A DNA stretch of 64,000 nucleotides from Halieaceae bacterium (GCA_038134505.1 JAYPVH010000008.1:13567-77566); one strand, 5' to 3'; positions 15,468-25,918 are shown, numbered from the stretch's first letter. Numbers and translations: made by a program. The notes: generated by a model not told the origin, from the sequence alone.

Positions 15468-16796
15468 ATGTCCGCTGAATCTGCTACGCCTATCAAGTCA
15501 CGTCTCTCACTGTGGCAAATCTGGAACATGTGCTTTGGCTTCATGGGTATCCAGTACGGCTTCGGTCTTCAGCAAGCAAACCTCAGCCCTATATTCAGAT
15601 ATCACGGCGCAAACGAATCAGAACTGCCAATATTGTGGCTCGCCGGCCCCATCACTGGTTTACTCATTCAGCCCCTGATCGGCGCGATTAGTGACGGTAC
15701 ATGGACCCGATTTGGACGCCGTAAACCTTTCTATTTGTGGGGTGCTCTTATTGGCAGCATCGCTGTCATGTTCATGCCCTATGTGCCGGCACTCTGGATG
15801 GCTGTAGGCCTTTTTTGGATTCTCGATGCGGCAATGAACACGGCGATGGAGCCGTATCGCGCTCTGGTTGGCGACAAGCTCGCGCCACAGCAACGCTCTG
15901 TCGGATATGCAATGCAGACATTTATGGTCGCGGCGGGTCAGATCCTGGCGGGGCTCATGCCGCTGATCATGTTGGCGTGGGGCGTCTCTGCGGAGACTGA
16001 TGGCCGCGAAATACCCGACATCGTCAAATACAGTTTTGTGATTGGTGTTGCGGCGATGATGGTCACCATGACTTGGACGGCGATCACGACGCCTGAGATC
16101 CCCCCTGTGGATATACAGGCTTTTGAGCAGGCCAAAGAAGGCAGTACGTTTCTCCAGAGAACGAGTAGAGACCTCATCTCATCCATCACGGAAATGCCCG
16201 AGCAAATACGGAAACTGTGGTGGACAAAGTTTTTTACTTGGTATGGACTGCCCCTGATGTGGCAATACCTCGCTCTCTCAATCGCTCGCCATTGCTTTAA
16301 TGCGCCAACACCGCAATCACCAGGATTTGCTGAGGGAGCCGCTAACGTAGGGCTCGCCTTTACGTTTATGAACGTGACGACATTGCTATTCGCATTTATC
16401 GTTCCCAGCCTAGTATCTCGATTCGGCACGCGTTTGGTGTACGCCATGTTGCTGTTCACAGGCGGTATCGGCTTCATCAGTATGCTGTTCACCAATGAAC
16501 TCAATGTGGTCTTAGCGTGTATGGTCCTGGTGGGCATCGGCTGGGCTGGTGTGATGACTTTGCCATTTATCATCGTCAGTAATGAGGTGGCGCCCGAGCG
16601 AATGGGTGTCTATATGGGCCTCATTAACGCGTTCATCTGTTTGCCACAAATCGCGAGTATGCTCACAGTGGGATTGTTCTATGACACATTGCTCGCGAGC
16701 GACCCACGCAATGCATTAGCACTCTGTGGTGTGTGCTTCGTTCTCGCCGGAGCAGCCGCAATGCGGCTTCGCACGCAAGCGAGTATCGTGGGCTAA
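15468..16796 (+). CDS. MFS transporter, GPH/SLC45-like sugar:cation symporter family
   Basis: About 12 hydrophobic segments. The RFGRRKPF motif after TM2 is typical of GPH/SLC45 transporters. ATG 15468 is preceded by AGGA at a 7-nt spacing. Confidence 0.75.
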   Translation: MSAESATPIKSRLSLWQIWNMCFGFMGIQYGFGLQQANLSPIFRYHGANESELPILWLAGPITGLLIQPLIGAISDGTWTRFGRRKPFYLWGALIGSIAVMFMPYVPALWMAVGLFWILDAAMNTAMEPYRALVGDKLAPQQRSVGYAMQTFMVAAGQILAGLMPLIMLAWGVSAETDGREIPDIVKYSFVIGVAAMMVTMTWTAITTPEIPPVDIQAFEQAKEGSTFLQRTSRDLISSITEMPEQIRKLWWTKFFTWYGLPLMWQYLALSIARHCFNAPTPQSPGFAEGAANVGLAFTFMNVTTLLFAFIVPSLVSRFGTRLVYAMLLFTGGIGFISMLFTNELNVVLACMVLVGIGWAGVMTLPFIIVSNEVAPERMGVYMGLINAFICLPQIASMLTVGLFYDTLLASDPRNALALCGVCFVLAGAAAMRLRTQASIVG

Positions 16797-16815
16797 GCAA
16801 CACACCGCGAAGGCG

Positions 16816-17466
16816 TTAGCCGTAACGCGGATCCGCTACAAAAGGATTGGTTTGACGTTCCTGGCCGAACGTCGAGTTCGGGCCATGACCCGGAATAAAC
16901 GTGATGTCGTCGCCTAAGGGGAATAACTTGTTGCGAATCGCATCGATGAGCTGATCATGATTGCCTCGCGGAAAATCGGTTCGACCGATCGAACCGGCGA
17001 ACAGCACATCACCTACCCAAGCGACCTTCTGCGGCTCATAAAGAAACACGACATGGCCCGGTGTATGCCCAGGGCAATGAAACACCTGCAGTGTTGCTTC
17101 ACCCACGGTCACCGTATCGCCATCGATCAACCAGCGATCGGGAGTGAATGGCTCGGTGTGGGGAAAGCCCGCCATCTGACAGGAAGATGGCAAATGATCA
17201 ATCCAAAACTGATCTTCCTCATGAGGCCCCTCGATTGGCACCTGATGTTGTTGACGCATCACATCGGCTGCAGCGCAATGATCCATGTGGCCGTGAGTGA
17301 GGAGGATTTTCTCGAGCCTGCCCCCCGCCTGAGTGAGCGCTGCGTTTAACCGCTCGATATCGCCACCAGGGTCAACAATCGCCAGCCTCTGGCTGCTCTC
17401 ACAGCGGATGATTGAGCAGTTCTGTTGATAGGGCGTGACGGGCACGACCATCACCGAAATAGTCAT
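16816..17466 (-). CDS. MBL-fold metallo-hydrolase (hydroxyacylglutathione hydrolase/YcbL-like)
   Basis: The HxHxDH motif sits in LLTHGHMDHCAA, with downstream HCPGHTPGH and GHG. 216 aa. Confidence 0.85.
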   Translation of the reverse strand: MTISVMVVPVTPYQQNCSIIRCESSQRLAIVDPGGDIERLNAALTQAGGRLEKILLTHGHMDHCAAADVMRQQHQVPIEGPHEEDQFWIDHLPSSCQMAGFPHTEPFTPDRWLIDGDTVTVGEATLQVFHCPGHTPGHVVFLYEPQKVAWVGDVLFAGSIGRTDFPRGNHDQLIDAIRNKLFPLGDDITFIPGHGPNSTFGQERQTNPFVADPRYG

Positions 17467-18758
17467 GCTGTTGCCTCCGCGCTCGTGTCTTGGTCAGCGT
17501 CTGGGTTCTCATAGACTTGGTAATCGAGTTCACCCTCGCGGTGTGCAACGATGACGGCAACTGTCGCATCGCCCGTGACATTCACCGCCGTGCGCACCAT
17601 ATCGAGAAGGCGATCAACACCGATAATCAACGCGACACCCTCCATCGGCAGACCCGCCTGCGTTAATACCAAGGACAGCGTAATCAAACCCACACCAGGC
17701 ACCGCCGCGGTGCCTATTGACGCCAGCGTCGCAGTCAACACCACCATCAGTAGCTGTGTCATGGTCAAATCAATACCGTAGACCTGCGCGATGAACACTG
17801 TGGCCACACCTTGCATCATGGCCGTGCCATCCATATTAATGGTCGCGCCAAGCGGAATGGAGAACCCGGCAACGCTTGAGTGAACGCCCAAGCGCTTCTC
17901 TACCGCGCGCAACGTGATCGGTAATGTAGCCCCTGAGGAGGATGTACTAAATGCGAAGGCCCATACATGCCGCATTTTCTGCATCAGAATACTCGGCGTG
18001 AGACCGGTCAGCGATTTCAGTAACAGGCTGTAAACCACCAATCCGTGGAATAGCAACACGCCCATCAAAGTGAAGAAATAAGCCGCCAAATCGAGGATCG
18101 TACCGAGACCCATGGTCGCAAATAACTTGCTGAGCAATGCGAATACACCCCACGGCGCCAGATCAATCAGGATCGCAACCATCCGCATCACAATGACTTC
18201 CATATCGCGGAACCAGGCACTGATGCGCGCACCCGACTCACCGGCCCGTGTGATGGCGAATCCAACCAACAGCGCAAAGACAATGACCTGAAGCATTTTC
18301 CCCTCAGCCATCGCGTTAAACGGATTGGTTGGAAAAATATTCACGATCGTGTCAGTCAACGGTGGCGCTGTTCGCGCAACAAACTCGGCATCGGCCATGG
18401 CCTCGACACCGCGACCCGGACCAATCACGGTTGCAGCGACAAGACCGATTGAGACCGCAAAAGCGGTGGTCAACAAATAAAGCGTGATCGTTTGAACTGC
18501 AATTGAGCCCATTCGAGCGCTGGCCCCAAGAGACGTCATGCCACAAATGAGTGATACCAGCACCAGCGGCACGACCAAGAGTTTGAGTGAGGCAACAAAG
18601 ATACGACCCACAATATCGAACACACCCATCACAAGGTAATCATTGATCGCGAGCGCCAGTGCACTGCCCTCGGGCTGAGCACCCAAAAACCATTCAATCA
18701 CCGAGCCTAGCGCGATTCCCGCAACCATGGCCCGCAAAATTCTCTGTGTTAAAGACAC
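17463..18758 (-). CDS. dicarboxylate/amino acid:cation symporter (DAACS family, GltP-like)
   Basis: A multi-TM protein with SSSGATLP and the NMDGTA motif (ATINMDGTAMMQG) characteristic of DAACS transporters. 4-nt overlap with the downstream MBL gene. Confidence 0.85.
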   Translation of the reverse strand: MSLTQRILRAMVAGIALGSVIEWFLGAQPEGSALALAINDYLVMGVFDIVGRIFVASLKLLVVPLVLVSLICGMTSLGASARMGSIAVQTITLYLLTTAFAVSIGLVAATVIGPGRGVEAMADAEFVARTAPPLTDTIVNIFPTNPFNAMAEGKMLQVIVFALLVGFAITRAGESGARISAWFRDMEVIVMRMVAILIDLAPWGVFALLSKLFATMGLGTILDLAAYFFTLMGVLLFHGLVVYSLLLKSLTGLTPSILMQKMRHVWAFAFSTSSSGATLPITLRAVEKRLGVHSSVAGFSIPLGATINMDGTAMMQGVATVFIAQVYGIDLTMTQLLMVVLTATLASIGTAAVPGVGLITLSLVLTQAGLPMEGVALIIGVDRLLDMVRTAVNVTGDATVAVIVAHREGELDYQVYENPDADQDTSAEATA

Positions 18759-18762
18759 CCGT

Positions 18763-19077
18763 TCACCTCTCTAGCTGACTATCACAAGCTGGCGCACGCC
18801 AGCGAAACACTGAAATATCGGCGCAGGCATTGCAGGGCGAGGACAATGTTTCTCGCTCACCCGATACGCGCTCTGCGCACACCGGTTGATAGATCATCGT
18901 GCACACGCGTGGACGCGGGTCCGAGCAAATCTGCCAGCTCTCCGCCGCCGCGTGTTCTTTGGTTGTTGTCGGTTGACATGCCAACATGATCGGCAACCCT
19001 AACAACAAGCCCCACCGCGACCATCGCCAATAATCCTGGCGGCCGGGTCTCTTTGCCTTGATCACGGTGTTCCGCAT
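18763..19077 (-). CDS. small lipoprotein with a Kazal-like six-cysteine domain
   Basis: Lipobox IMLA-C45. The six Cys are spaced C62-x7-C70-x7-C78-x14-C93-x2-C96-x12-C109, with a PVCA motif and TLSSPC at the position of the Kazal TY-x-N-x-C. The start is ATG 19077 or ATG 19110. Confidence 0.5.
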   Translation of the reverse strand: MRNTVIKAKRPGRQDYWRWSRWGLLLGLPIMLACQPTTTKEHAAAESWQICSDPRPRVCTMIYQPVCAERVSGERETLSSPCNACADISVFRWRAPACDSQLER

Positions 19078-19245
19078 CCTTGCATCCCTCTGAACAGGTG
19101 ACTCAGGCACGCGCCTTTGCGAAAAATACGCGCAAGCGTGAGTTGCCTCGCGCTAGAACCATCAGTATTCACCTGTCCGTTCTCCCTATTTCAAGGCCAG
19201 AAGACAGTACCTTGTCGTACTGTGAGCTCAAAAGATACCCACGCC

Positions 19246-20277
19246 TTAGCGATGACTCAACAAAGCATCTCGACGCGCCGCGAGCGTCTGTTGCCGTGCG
19301 CGCAGCGCCGCGGTGCCGACACTCGGCCGCAACATGTGTACCACCCGCTGCCAGCGTTGCAAGGCCGTGCCACTCAAGGTGGGGAGATGTTCGGCCAGGC
19401 TCTGCATGTCATCCATTTTTGCCCAGCAGTTGAGAATCACATCACAGCCCGCGGCAATCGCCGAAGAGCCCAGAGTAGGAATCGGCCCCTCAAGGGCTTT
19501 CATGTCGAGATCGTCACTCATCAACAATCCATCAAAGCCAATGTGCGTACGGATAATATCCTGCACAACCTTCGGTGAATGCGTTGCACAACTGTCCGGA
19601 TCCCACGCCTCATAGACAATATGAGCGGTCATCGCCATCAAGGCCCGGGACGCCAACGCCTTAAATGGCTGGGCGTCCGCCAACAGTTCCAATTCACTCG
19701 CGTTGACTCTAGGCAATGCTTTGTGACTGTCGAGCAAGGCACGTCCATGGCCAGGGATGTGTTTGATCACACCCGCTACACCGCCCGCTTCCAAACCACG
19801 CAGTACGGCCGCCCCCAGCTCAGATACAACTTCAGGTTTTTCACTAAAGGCGCGGTCACCAATGATATCGTGCGCGCCGGGTAGTCGCAGATCGAGTACG
19901 GGCGCGCAGTCCACGGTGATACCGATTTCGGCGAGGTCTAGGGCCAGTGCTTCATAATTGAGTTCGACGCACTCTAGCGTCTTGACGAAATCGGTGGGAT
20001 AGGTCGCACTCAGATAGGCCGCCGTCGGATATGACGGCCAAGGCGGCGAAGCAAGTCTCGCAACTCGGCCACCCTCTTGGTCTACGAGAATGGGTAAGCC
20101 ATCAAGACCCGACAGAGACCGCAAGGAATCGGTCAAGGCTCGGACTTGGTCTCTATCCTCGATATTTCGTGCGAATAAGATGTAACCAGCGGGATGGGCT
20201 TCCTTAAAAAAGTCACGCTCAGTGTCACTGAGCTCTGTGCCTGTGATACCAAAAATAGCAGGGATTCTCTCAGTCAT
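19246..20277 (-). CDS. nagZ: beta-N-acetylhexosaminidase NagZ (peptidoglycan recycling)
   Basis: GH3 NagZ motifs are present: LVDQEGGRV and KHIPGHG. The start ATG 20277 overlaps the upstream stop (ATGA). The longer ORF to 20376 is an unlikely N-terminal extension. Confidence 0.9.
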   Translation of the reverse strand: MTERIPAIFGITGTELSDTERDFFKEAHPAGYILFARNIEDRDQVRALTDSLRSLSGLDGLPILVDQEGGRVARLASPPWPSYPTAAYLSATYPTDFVKTLECVELNYEALALDLAEIGITVDCAPVLDLRLPGAHDIIGDRAFSEKPEVVSELGAAVLRGLEAGGVAGVIKHIPGHGRALLDSHKALPRVNASELELLADAQPFKALASRALMAMTAHIVYEAWDPDSCATHSPKVVQDIIRTHIGFDGLLMSDDLDMKALEGPIPTLGSSAIAAGCDVILNCWAKMDDMQSLAEHLPTLSGTALQRWQRVVHMLRPSVGTAALRARQQTLAARRDALLSHR

Positions 20278-20840
20278 AAATGCGTCTTCGGCGCCCGTTG
20301 ATCGATTAATGTGCCCAATCCTTGCGCGTCTGTCACCCCCTGCCACGAGTCGATCGCGATATCGATCACCAGCCATCCACAGGTCGGTAAGTGCTGTATC
20401 GGCTGATCGAGAAGAAAATAATTGGCGAGATCCTCAAACGCGGGGTTGTGGCCGATCATTGCCAGCACGTGGTGCTCTGCAGACTGGCGACTGATCCAGC
20501 GCACTAAATCAACATAGTCAAAGGTGTAGAGCGCGGACTCTGTCGTTTGTGTCACGCCCGGCCAAGCCGACGCCAGCCCGGAGAAGGTCTCTTGAGCGCG
20601 TGTCGCGGAACTGACAAAAAAATGCAGCGGGTCGAAATCATCAGCCAAACAATGACCCAATGCGCTGGCATTGCGACGGCCTCGGCCATTCAAGGGCCTG
20701 TCGTGATCTGACAGTGCAGTGTATTTCCAGCTCGACTTGGCGTGCCGGAGCAGACACAAGCGATGTTCTTGTGTGGATGATTGGTCCTCGACAATCGCAC
20801 TAGGCGATCGTTCTGAGGCCATCTGGGTCTCTGCCACCAT
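20274..20840 (-). CDS. histidine phosphatase family protein (SixA-like)
   Basis: LCLLRHAKS (RH catalytic motif), DRPLNGRGRR and a later GHNP motif. The start is uncertain (20840 or 20822); both overlap the 3' end of the upstream LOG gene. Confidence 0.75.
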   Translation of the reverse strand: MVAETQMASERSPSAIVEDQSSTQEHRLCLLRHAKSSWKYTALSDHDRPLNGRGRRNASALGHCLADDFDPLHFFVSSATRAQETFSGLASAWPGVTQTTESALYTFDYVDLVRWISRQSAEHHVLAMIGHNPAFEDLANYFLLDQPIQHLPTCGWLVIDIAIDSWQGVTDAQGLGTLIDQRAPKTHL

Positions 20841-21483
20841 TCAACACCGCTATCGCCTCATCAACACAATCGGTGAGATGTATCGCTCCAATATCCTCGG
20901 CGTCGATGTAACCCGCACCACCTTGCTCATCCATCAACCAATTCAGCAGGCCCGACCAAAATTCGACGCCGATCAATACCGTAGGACGACGCTCCGTGCG
21001 ATTCGTGTTGTACAAGACCAGCAACTCAAACAGTTCGTCAGTGGTGCCAAAGCCACCTGGAAATACAACGAAGCCCTTGGAGTAACGCATTAACATGTAT
21101 TTACGTGAGAGAAAGTAGCGAAACGTTGCTTGATGCGTCAGATAAGGATTGGGAACCTGCTCGTGTGGTAGCGCGATATTCAGTCCAATCGAGACGCCAC
21201 CGGCCTCAAAGGCGCCTTGATTGGCCGCCAGCATGATCCCAGGTCCGCCGCCTGTGATGACGGGAATTCCCGCCTCGGCTAACCGCGTCCCGATGAGACG
21301 TGCGCTGTCGGCGAGATGGCTCTCGGTGCGCGTCCGCGCACTGCCGAAAACAGTCACAGCAGGCGCGGTGCCATCGAGAAGGCGCGCCGCAGAAATAAGT
21401 TCTTTCTGAATGCGTGCAAAAGTGGCCGCATCTTCTGGAGAGTCGGGGGTTTCCGCCGATATAGCGGCCTCGTCAAAAGTCAC
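20800..21483 (-). CDS. LOG-family (TIGR00730) nucleotide 5'-monophosphate nucleosidase
   Basis: The PGGFGTTDELFE and GGGPGIM motifs are diagnostic of the LOG/lysine-decarboxylase-like family. Confidence 0.85.
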   Translation of the reverse strand: MTFDEAAISAETPDSPEDAATFARIQKELISAARLLDGTAPAVTVFGSARTRTESHLADSARLIGTRLAEAGIPVITGGGPGIMLAANQGAFEAGGVSIGLNIALPHEQVPNPYLTHQATFRYFLSRKYMLMRYSKGFVVFPGGFGTTDELFELLVLYNTNRTERRPTVLIGVEFWSGLLNWLMDEQGGAGYIDAEDIGAIHLTDCVDEAIAVLNGGRDPDGLRTIA

Positions 21484-21487
21484 CGTG

Positions 21488-22783
21488 TCACCCGCTTACA
21501 CAAAACAGATGGTATTTTTTCTTGCCGAGACGGACCAAGAAATAAGATGAATGCATGGCCGCCTCCGCAGCAAAACACCGCTCCGGTTGGCCATTATCGG
21601 CCGCTGTAACAGCTTGACCGTTTATCAGAACGGCACCTTGACTCAGTGCATCCTTCACCTGCTTGCCCGAGTTAGCCAATCCAGCTTCGGTCAAGATCTG
21701 CGTGAGCGTTTCAGGCAGGCTCGCGCGATCCAGTGAACTGCTTGGCAACCCATCTTGTGCCAGTGCTTCCAGATCGCTCGCAGACAACTGCTGTGTATCA
21801 CCGCTAAAAAGCGCTTGCGTGATCCGCTGCGCGGCGGCGAGGCCCTCATCTCCATGCACTAACTGCGTCACGGCTTCTGCCAGCACCCGCTGACCTTCGG
21901 GACGCCCGGCCCGTTCGGCATCCGCCGCCTCAATGGCATCAATTTCGCCAACTGGGATAAAGGTGAAGTAGCGCAAAAAACGATACACATCAGCATCGGC
22001 GGTGCTGAGCCAAAATTGGTAAAAAGCATAGGGCGAAGTTCTCTTGGCATCGAGCCATATCGTGCCACTCTCTGTCTTGCCAAACTTGCTACCGTCGCTT
22101 TTGGTAATGAGCGGCATGGTCAGGCCAAATACCTGCCCCCCATGGAGTCGCCGCGTCAAATCAATACCGCCCGTGATATTGCCCCATTGGTCAGATCCAC
22201 CGATTTGCAGGCCGCAACCGTAGCGCTGATAAAGCTCCGCAAAATCCATCGACTGCAAAATCATGTAGCTAAATTCCGTAAAGCTAATACCCGACCCCTC
22301 TCGTTCGATCCGCTGCTTCACCGACTCCTTCTGAATCATGGCATTAATCGAAAAGTGCTTGCCGATATCCCGCAGAAACGTCAGCACGTCTAGAGGTTGA
22401 GTCCATTCGAGGTTATTACAAACGACGGCCGCGTTATCGCCATCGAAGTCAATAAACTGACTCACCTGGGCTCTCAGTTTCTCAGTCCACGAAGCCACGA
22501 CATCGGGCGTGTTCAACTGCCGTTCACTGGCTTTGAAACTCGGATCGCCGATCAGTCCTGTCGCACCACCGACCAACGCGACAGGTCGATGGCCCGCTTG
22601 CTGGAAGCGTCGGAGCATCAGCAACGGGACAAGGGAGCCGATATGCAAGCTATCGGCCGTCGGGTCAAAGCCGCAATACAGCGTTCTTTGCCCGGCACTT
22701 AAATACTCTGATAAGGCGTCTTCACCGGCGATCTGAAAAATCAAGCCGCGCGCTCGCAAGTCGTTTAATAACTCAATCGACAT
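21488..22783 (-). CDS. tyrS: tyrosine--tRNA ligase
   Basis: [46 protein letters not shown] is near-identical to the E. coli TyrS N-terminus. The KFGKT (KMSKS) loop and a C-terminal S4-like domain are present. Confidence 0.97.
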   Translation of the reverse strand: MSIELLNDLRARGLIFQIAGEDALSEYLSAGQRTLYCGFDPTADSLHIGSLVPLLMLRRFQQAGHRPVALVGGATGLIGDPSFKASERQLNTPDVVASWTEKLRAQVSQFIDFDGDNAAVVCNNLEWTQPLDVLTFLRDIGKHFSINAMIQKESVKQRIEREGSGISFTEFSYMILQSMDFAELYQRYGCGLQIGGSDQWGNITGGIDLTRRLHGGQVFGLTMPLITKSDGSKFGKTESGTIWLDAKRTSPYAFYQFWLSTADADVYRFLRYFTFIPVGEIDAIEAADAERAGRPEGQRVLAEAVTQLVHGDEGLAAAQRITQALFSGDTQQLSASDLEALAQDGLPSSSLDRASLPETLTQILTEAGLANSGKQVKDALSQGAVLINGQAVTAADNGQPERCFAAEAAMHSSYFLVRLGKKKYHLFCVSG

Positions 22784-22913
22784 AGTGTCACTGCTCAGTC
22801 GGAGGTTTGCTTCATGCGAGATTATCCCATAAAGCGAGTGCGAACGCCTTCAGGAGAGCGCGTAAAAACGATATAGTGCGTCGACCTACTTTCTTTAGCG
22901 CACCGCCGAACCT

Positions 22914-24332
22914 TTGAACCCCAAAAAAACCAGCCCGAGAGGCGCAACCCTACTTCCTACAGGCTCACGTTTTTCGGTGAGGAAACACTGGCGGCTGGTG
23001 AGCGGCGGCCTGATCACGTTGCTGTTCGTCTACAACTGGCTTTACGTCGAGGCCGACATACCTGCAGATACTGCTCATACTCCCACCGTTGCAGGACAAG
23101 GTTTGGGGACGTCAGCAGTCCGAGCGACGCCTGAGGGCATTGCGCCAGAGTTGGAAACCGAGCCCGTGCAGGCTGCAGTCAACTCCCTTTCTCAAGCTCG
23201 GTCTGCCGACGATGCGTCCCTCGGCCTGGTGGATCAGTGGCACAGAGAGACAGTCGCTTCGGGAGATAATTTGAGCCTCATTTTTGCGCGCGCAGGCTTC
23301 TCTGATCGCGATGTTTATCGCGTCACTCAGGCCGATGGCGGACGCGCCCTAAAAAAAATCTATCCCGGGGAATCCATTGATTTTTTGACTGGCTCTAACG
23401 GCGAGCTACAAGCGATTCGACACATTGAGTCACCCCTAAGAACCACGGTTTTCGAGCGGGCCGGTGACCACTTCAACACCAACATTATTCTTAGAGAGCC
23501 AGATATCGTCGAACGCCAAGTCTCTCTCACTATCGACACATCGCTGTTTGAAGCAGGCCAAGCGGCGGGCCTGTCGAGTGCGGTGATCATGGATTTGGCC
23601 GGCATCTTTGGCGGCGTGATTGACTTCGTTCTCGATCCACGACGGGGTGACCAAATCGTCTTGATTTATAGGGAACTGCTTCTCGATGGCGACAAGTTCG
23701 ACGATGGCGCCATCATCGCCGCAGCATTTACGAACCAGGGGACGACCTATCAAGCCTTCCGTTTCACCGACAGTGAGGGTTATACGGCCTATTACAATGA
23801 GGTGGGCACCAGTATGCGCAAGGCATTTTTGCGTGCGCCGCTCGATTTCACACGCGTCAGCTCGAATTTCAATCCAAACCGACTACATCCGGTTTCAGGT
23901 ACACGTCGGCCGCATCGCGGCACCGATTACGCGGCCCCGCGAGGAACGCCGGTATTCGCAGCAGGCGACGGTCGGGTTGCAGAGGCCGGCTATACTCGCG
24001 CAAATGGCAACTATGTGTTTATCGATCATGGCGAAACCTTCAAAACGCACTATCTCCACTTACATCGTCTCGCGGTCGTGCGAGGCGACCGCGTGAAACA
24101 AGGACAAGTCATCGGCACCGTTGGATCAACGGGTCTGGCAACCGGTCCGCACCTCCATTACGAATTTCTTGTCAACGGCGTCCACAGAAACCCTCGCACG
24201 GTGCACAGCCTGCTCCCTAAGGCAAAAACATTGCCAGAGCAGGAGCTCATCTTATTTCAACAAGCGATCAATGCCCCGATGCAGCAACTGGCTTTACTCT
24301 TTGATCCACAGCAGGTGGCGGTCAATCCATGA
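22914..24332 (+). CDS. M23-family peptidoglycan DD-metalloendopeptidase (MepM/YebA-like)
   Basis: N-terminal TM segment. The M23 motifs HRGTDYAAPRGTPVFAAGDGRV and GSTGLATGPHLHYEF are present. The listed start is TTG at 22914, so the start is uncertain. Confidence 0.88.
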   Translation: MNPKKTSPRGATLLPTGSRFSVRKHWRLVSGGLITLLFVYNWLYVEADIPADTAHTPTVAGQGLGTSAVRATPEGIAPELETEPVQAAVNSLSQARSADDASLGLVDQWHRETVASGDNLSLIFARAGFSDRDVYRVTQADGGRALKKIYPGESIDFLTGSNGELQAIRHIESPLRTTVFERAGDHFNTNIILREPDIVERQVSLTIDTSLFEAGQAAGLSSAVIMDLAGIFGGVIDFVLDPRRGDQIVLIYRELLLDGDKFDDGAIIAAAFTNQGTTYQAFRFTDSEGYTAYYNEVGTSMRKAFLRAPLDFTRVSSNFNPNRLHPVSGTRRPHRGTDYAAPRGTPVFAAGDGRVAEAGYTRANGNYVFIDHGETFKTHYLHLHRLAVVRGDRVKQGQVIGTVGSTGLATGPHLHYEFLVNGVHRNPRTVHSLLPKAKTLPEQELILFQQAINAPMQQLALLFDPQQVAVNP

Positions 24333-25429
24333 GCGACGATCTGTATATAGGTCTCATGTCAGGCACGAGCGCCGATGGTGTTGACGCGGTGCTGGTGCAA
24401 TTTATCCAACACGAGCCGCTGAGGATGAGAATCATCGGGCACCACAGTCAGTCGTTTTCGAATGACCTACGGGCGAGTATCCATTCGTTCCGGACCTCAG
24501 GACCCAACGAGCTTGAGCGACTCGGCCACCTTGATCGACAATTGGGTGACATCTTTGCTGAAGTCGTCAACGCTCTACTCGTACAATCTGGACACGACAG
24601 CGCCGACATTCGCGCCATCGGTAGCCACGGCCAAACGATTCGACACCAACCCACCGGTACTCATCCCTTCACCGTACAGATTGGTGACCCCAATACCATT
24701 GCCGAACGCACGGGCATTACCACCGTAAGTGATTTTCGTCGGCGTGATGTGGCGGCGGGCGGCCAGGGCGCACCGCTGGTTCCCGCTTTTCACCAAGCAC
24801 TAGTATCGGCGACTCAGAAAAATACCGCGATTATCAACATCGGCGGCATCGCTAACATCACCGTGCTTCGCTCAGGCGATGAGCCGCGCGGCTGGGACAC
24901 AGGGCCGGGCAACAACTTAATGGACGGCTGGATACAGCGCCACAAGAGTGCCCGCCTTGACACCGACGGCGCATGGGCCGCTACCGGCATCATCAACAAA
25001 ACATTACTCAACACATTACTGGCCGACGACTACTTCGGTCGTTCCGCTCCGAAAAGTACGGGGCCTGAGACTTTCAATCTCGAGTGGCTGGATTCGTTTT
25101 TGTCTGGCGAAGAGCGTCCTGAAGACGTCCAGCGCACCTTGATAGCGCTGACAGCAACGACGATTGCCCAAGCGTTGAATGCGGAGGGTGTTGAGCAGAG
25201 CTTTGTTTGCGGCGGCGGCGCGTTCAATACCTTGCTGACTGAGGAGCTCAGTCAGCAACTCGATGGCTCACTACACTCTACGCAAGAGTTGGGCGTCCAC
25301 GAGCAACTCATGGAAGCTGCGGCATTCGCATGGCTCGCAGCGCAACGCCTTGCAAGCAAGCCAGGCAATGTACCGAGTGCCACCGGGGCTTCAGGCTTAC
25401 GCATACTTGGAGCGATTTATGCACCCTAA
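24329..25429 (+). CDS. anmK: anhydro-N-acetylmuramic acid kinase
   Basis: The GLMSGTSADGVDAVLV N-terminus and ~366-aa length are typical of AnmK. ATGA overlap with the upstream M23 gene. Confidence 0.92.
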   Translation: MSDDLYIGLMSGTSADGVDAVLVQFIQHEPLRMRIIGHHSQSFSNDLRASIHSFRTSGPNELERLGHLDRQLGDIFAEVVNALLVQSGHDSADIRAIGSHGQTIRHQPTGTHPFTVQIGDPNTIAERTGITTVSDFRRRDVAAGGQGAPLVPAFHQALVSATQKNTAIINIGGIANITVLRSGDEPRGWDTGPGNNLMDGWIQRHKSARLDTDGAWAATGIINKTLLNTLLADDYFGRSAPKSTGPETFNLEWLDSFLSGEERPEDVQRTLIALTATTIAQALNAEGVEQSFVCGGGAFNTLLTEELSQQLDGSLHSTQELGVHEQLMEAAAFAWLAAQRLASKPGNVPSATGASGLRILGAIYAP

Positions 25430-25549
25430 GGGAGTCTCAATCCTCGAGGCAGATTCGAGCCAGCTTCTTCACTCTTAAAAATGTGGCCGCGGCGGGTTAT
25501 CAGTGGGAGTCGCAGAGCGGCTCGCAGTGGTCACCGATTGTGATAGATG

Positions 25550-25918
25550 TTAGATCGAGAATGATGCACCGCAACCGCAGGTAGTCACAGCATTCGGGTT
25601 ATTGATGACAAAGCGCGAACCCTCTAAGCCTTCACTGTAATCAACCTCAGATCCGGCCAGGTACTGATAGCTCATAGCATCCACCAGTGCGGTGACGCCA
25701 TCTTTCTCGATCACCAAATCATCATCGGCCGAGAGTTCGTCAAACGTAAACCCGTACTGGAAACCGGAACAACCACCGCCCGTAATGTAAATACGGAGCT
25801 TTAGCTGTGGGTTCCCCTCATCTTCCACCAATGCGCGAACCTTACGAACTGCACTGTCGCTGAGGCGAATCTCATTCGGATCAAAGGCTTCTACAACGCT
25901 CATACTAGGGTTACTCAA
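25550..25918 (-). CDS. erpA: iron-sulfur cluster insertion protein ErpA
   Basis: A-type carrier with [11 protein letters not shown] and C-terminal CGCGASFSI. Confidence 0.93.
   Translation of the reverse strand: MSNPSMSVVEAFDPNEIRLSDSAVRKVRALVEDEGNPQLKLRIYITGGGCSGFQYGFTFDELSADDDLVIEKDGVTALVDAMSYQYLAGSEVDYSEGLEGSRFVINNPNAVTTCGCGASFSI

Noticed and set aside
14406-16573. Antisense or alternative-frame ORFs of 100-210 aa inside well-supported genes. Examples are 14406-14834(-), 15938-16573(-), 28772-29278(-), 45688-46173(-) and 38802-39140(+).
   Set aside because: Each lies entirely within a gene that has strong family motifs on the other strand or frame. Their products are Arg/Pro/Ser-rich, as expected for GC-rich shadow frames.
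19204-19223. A 7-bp inverted repeat (acagtac/gtactgt) 22 nt downstream of nagZ, considered as a terminator.
   Set aside because: The stem is AT-containing and has no flanking T-tract on either strand. The support is insufficient.
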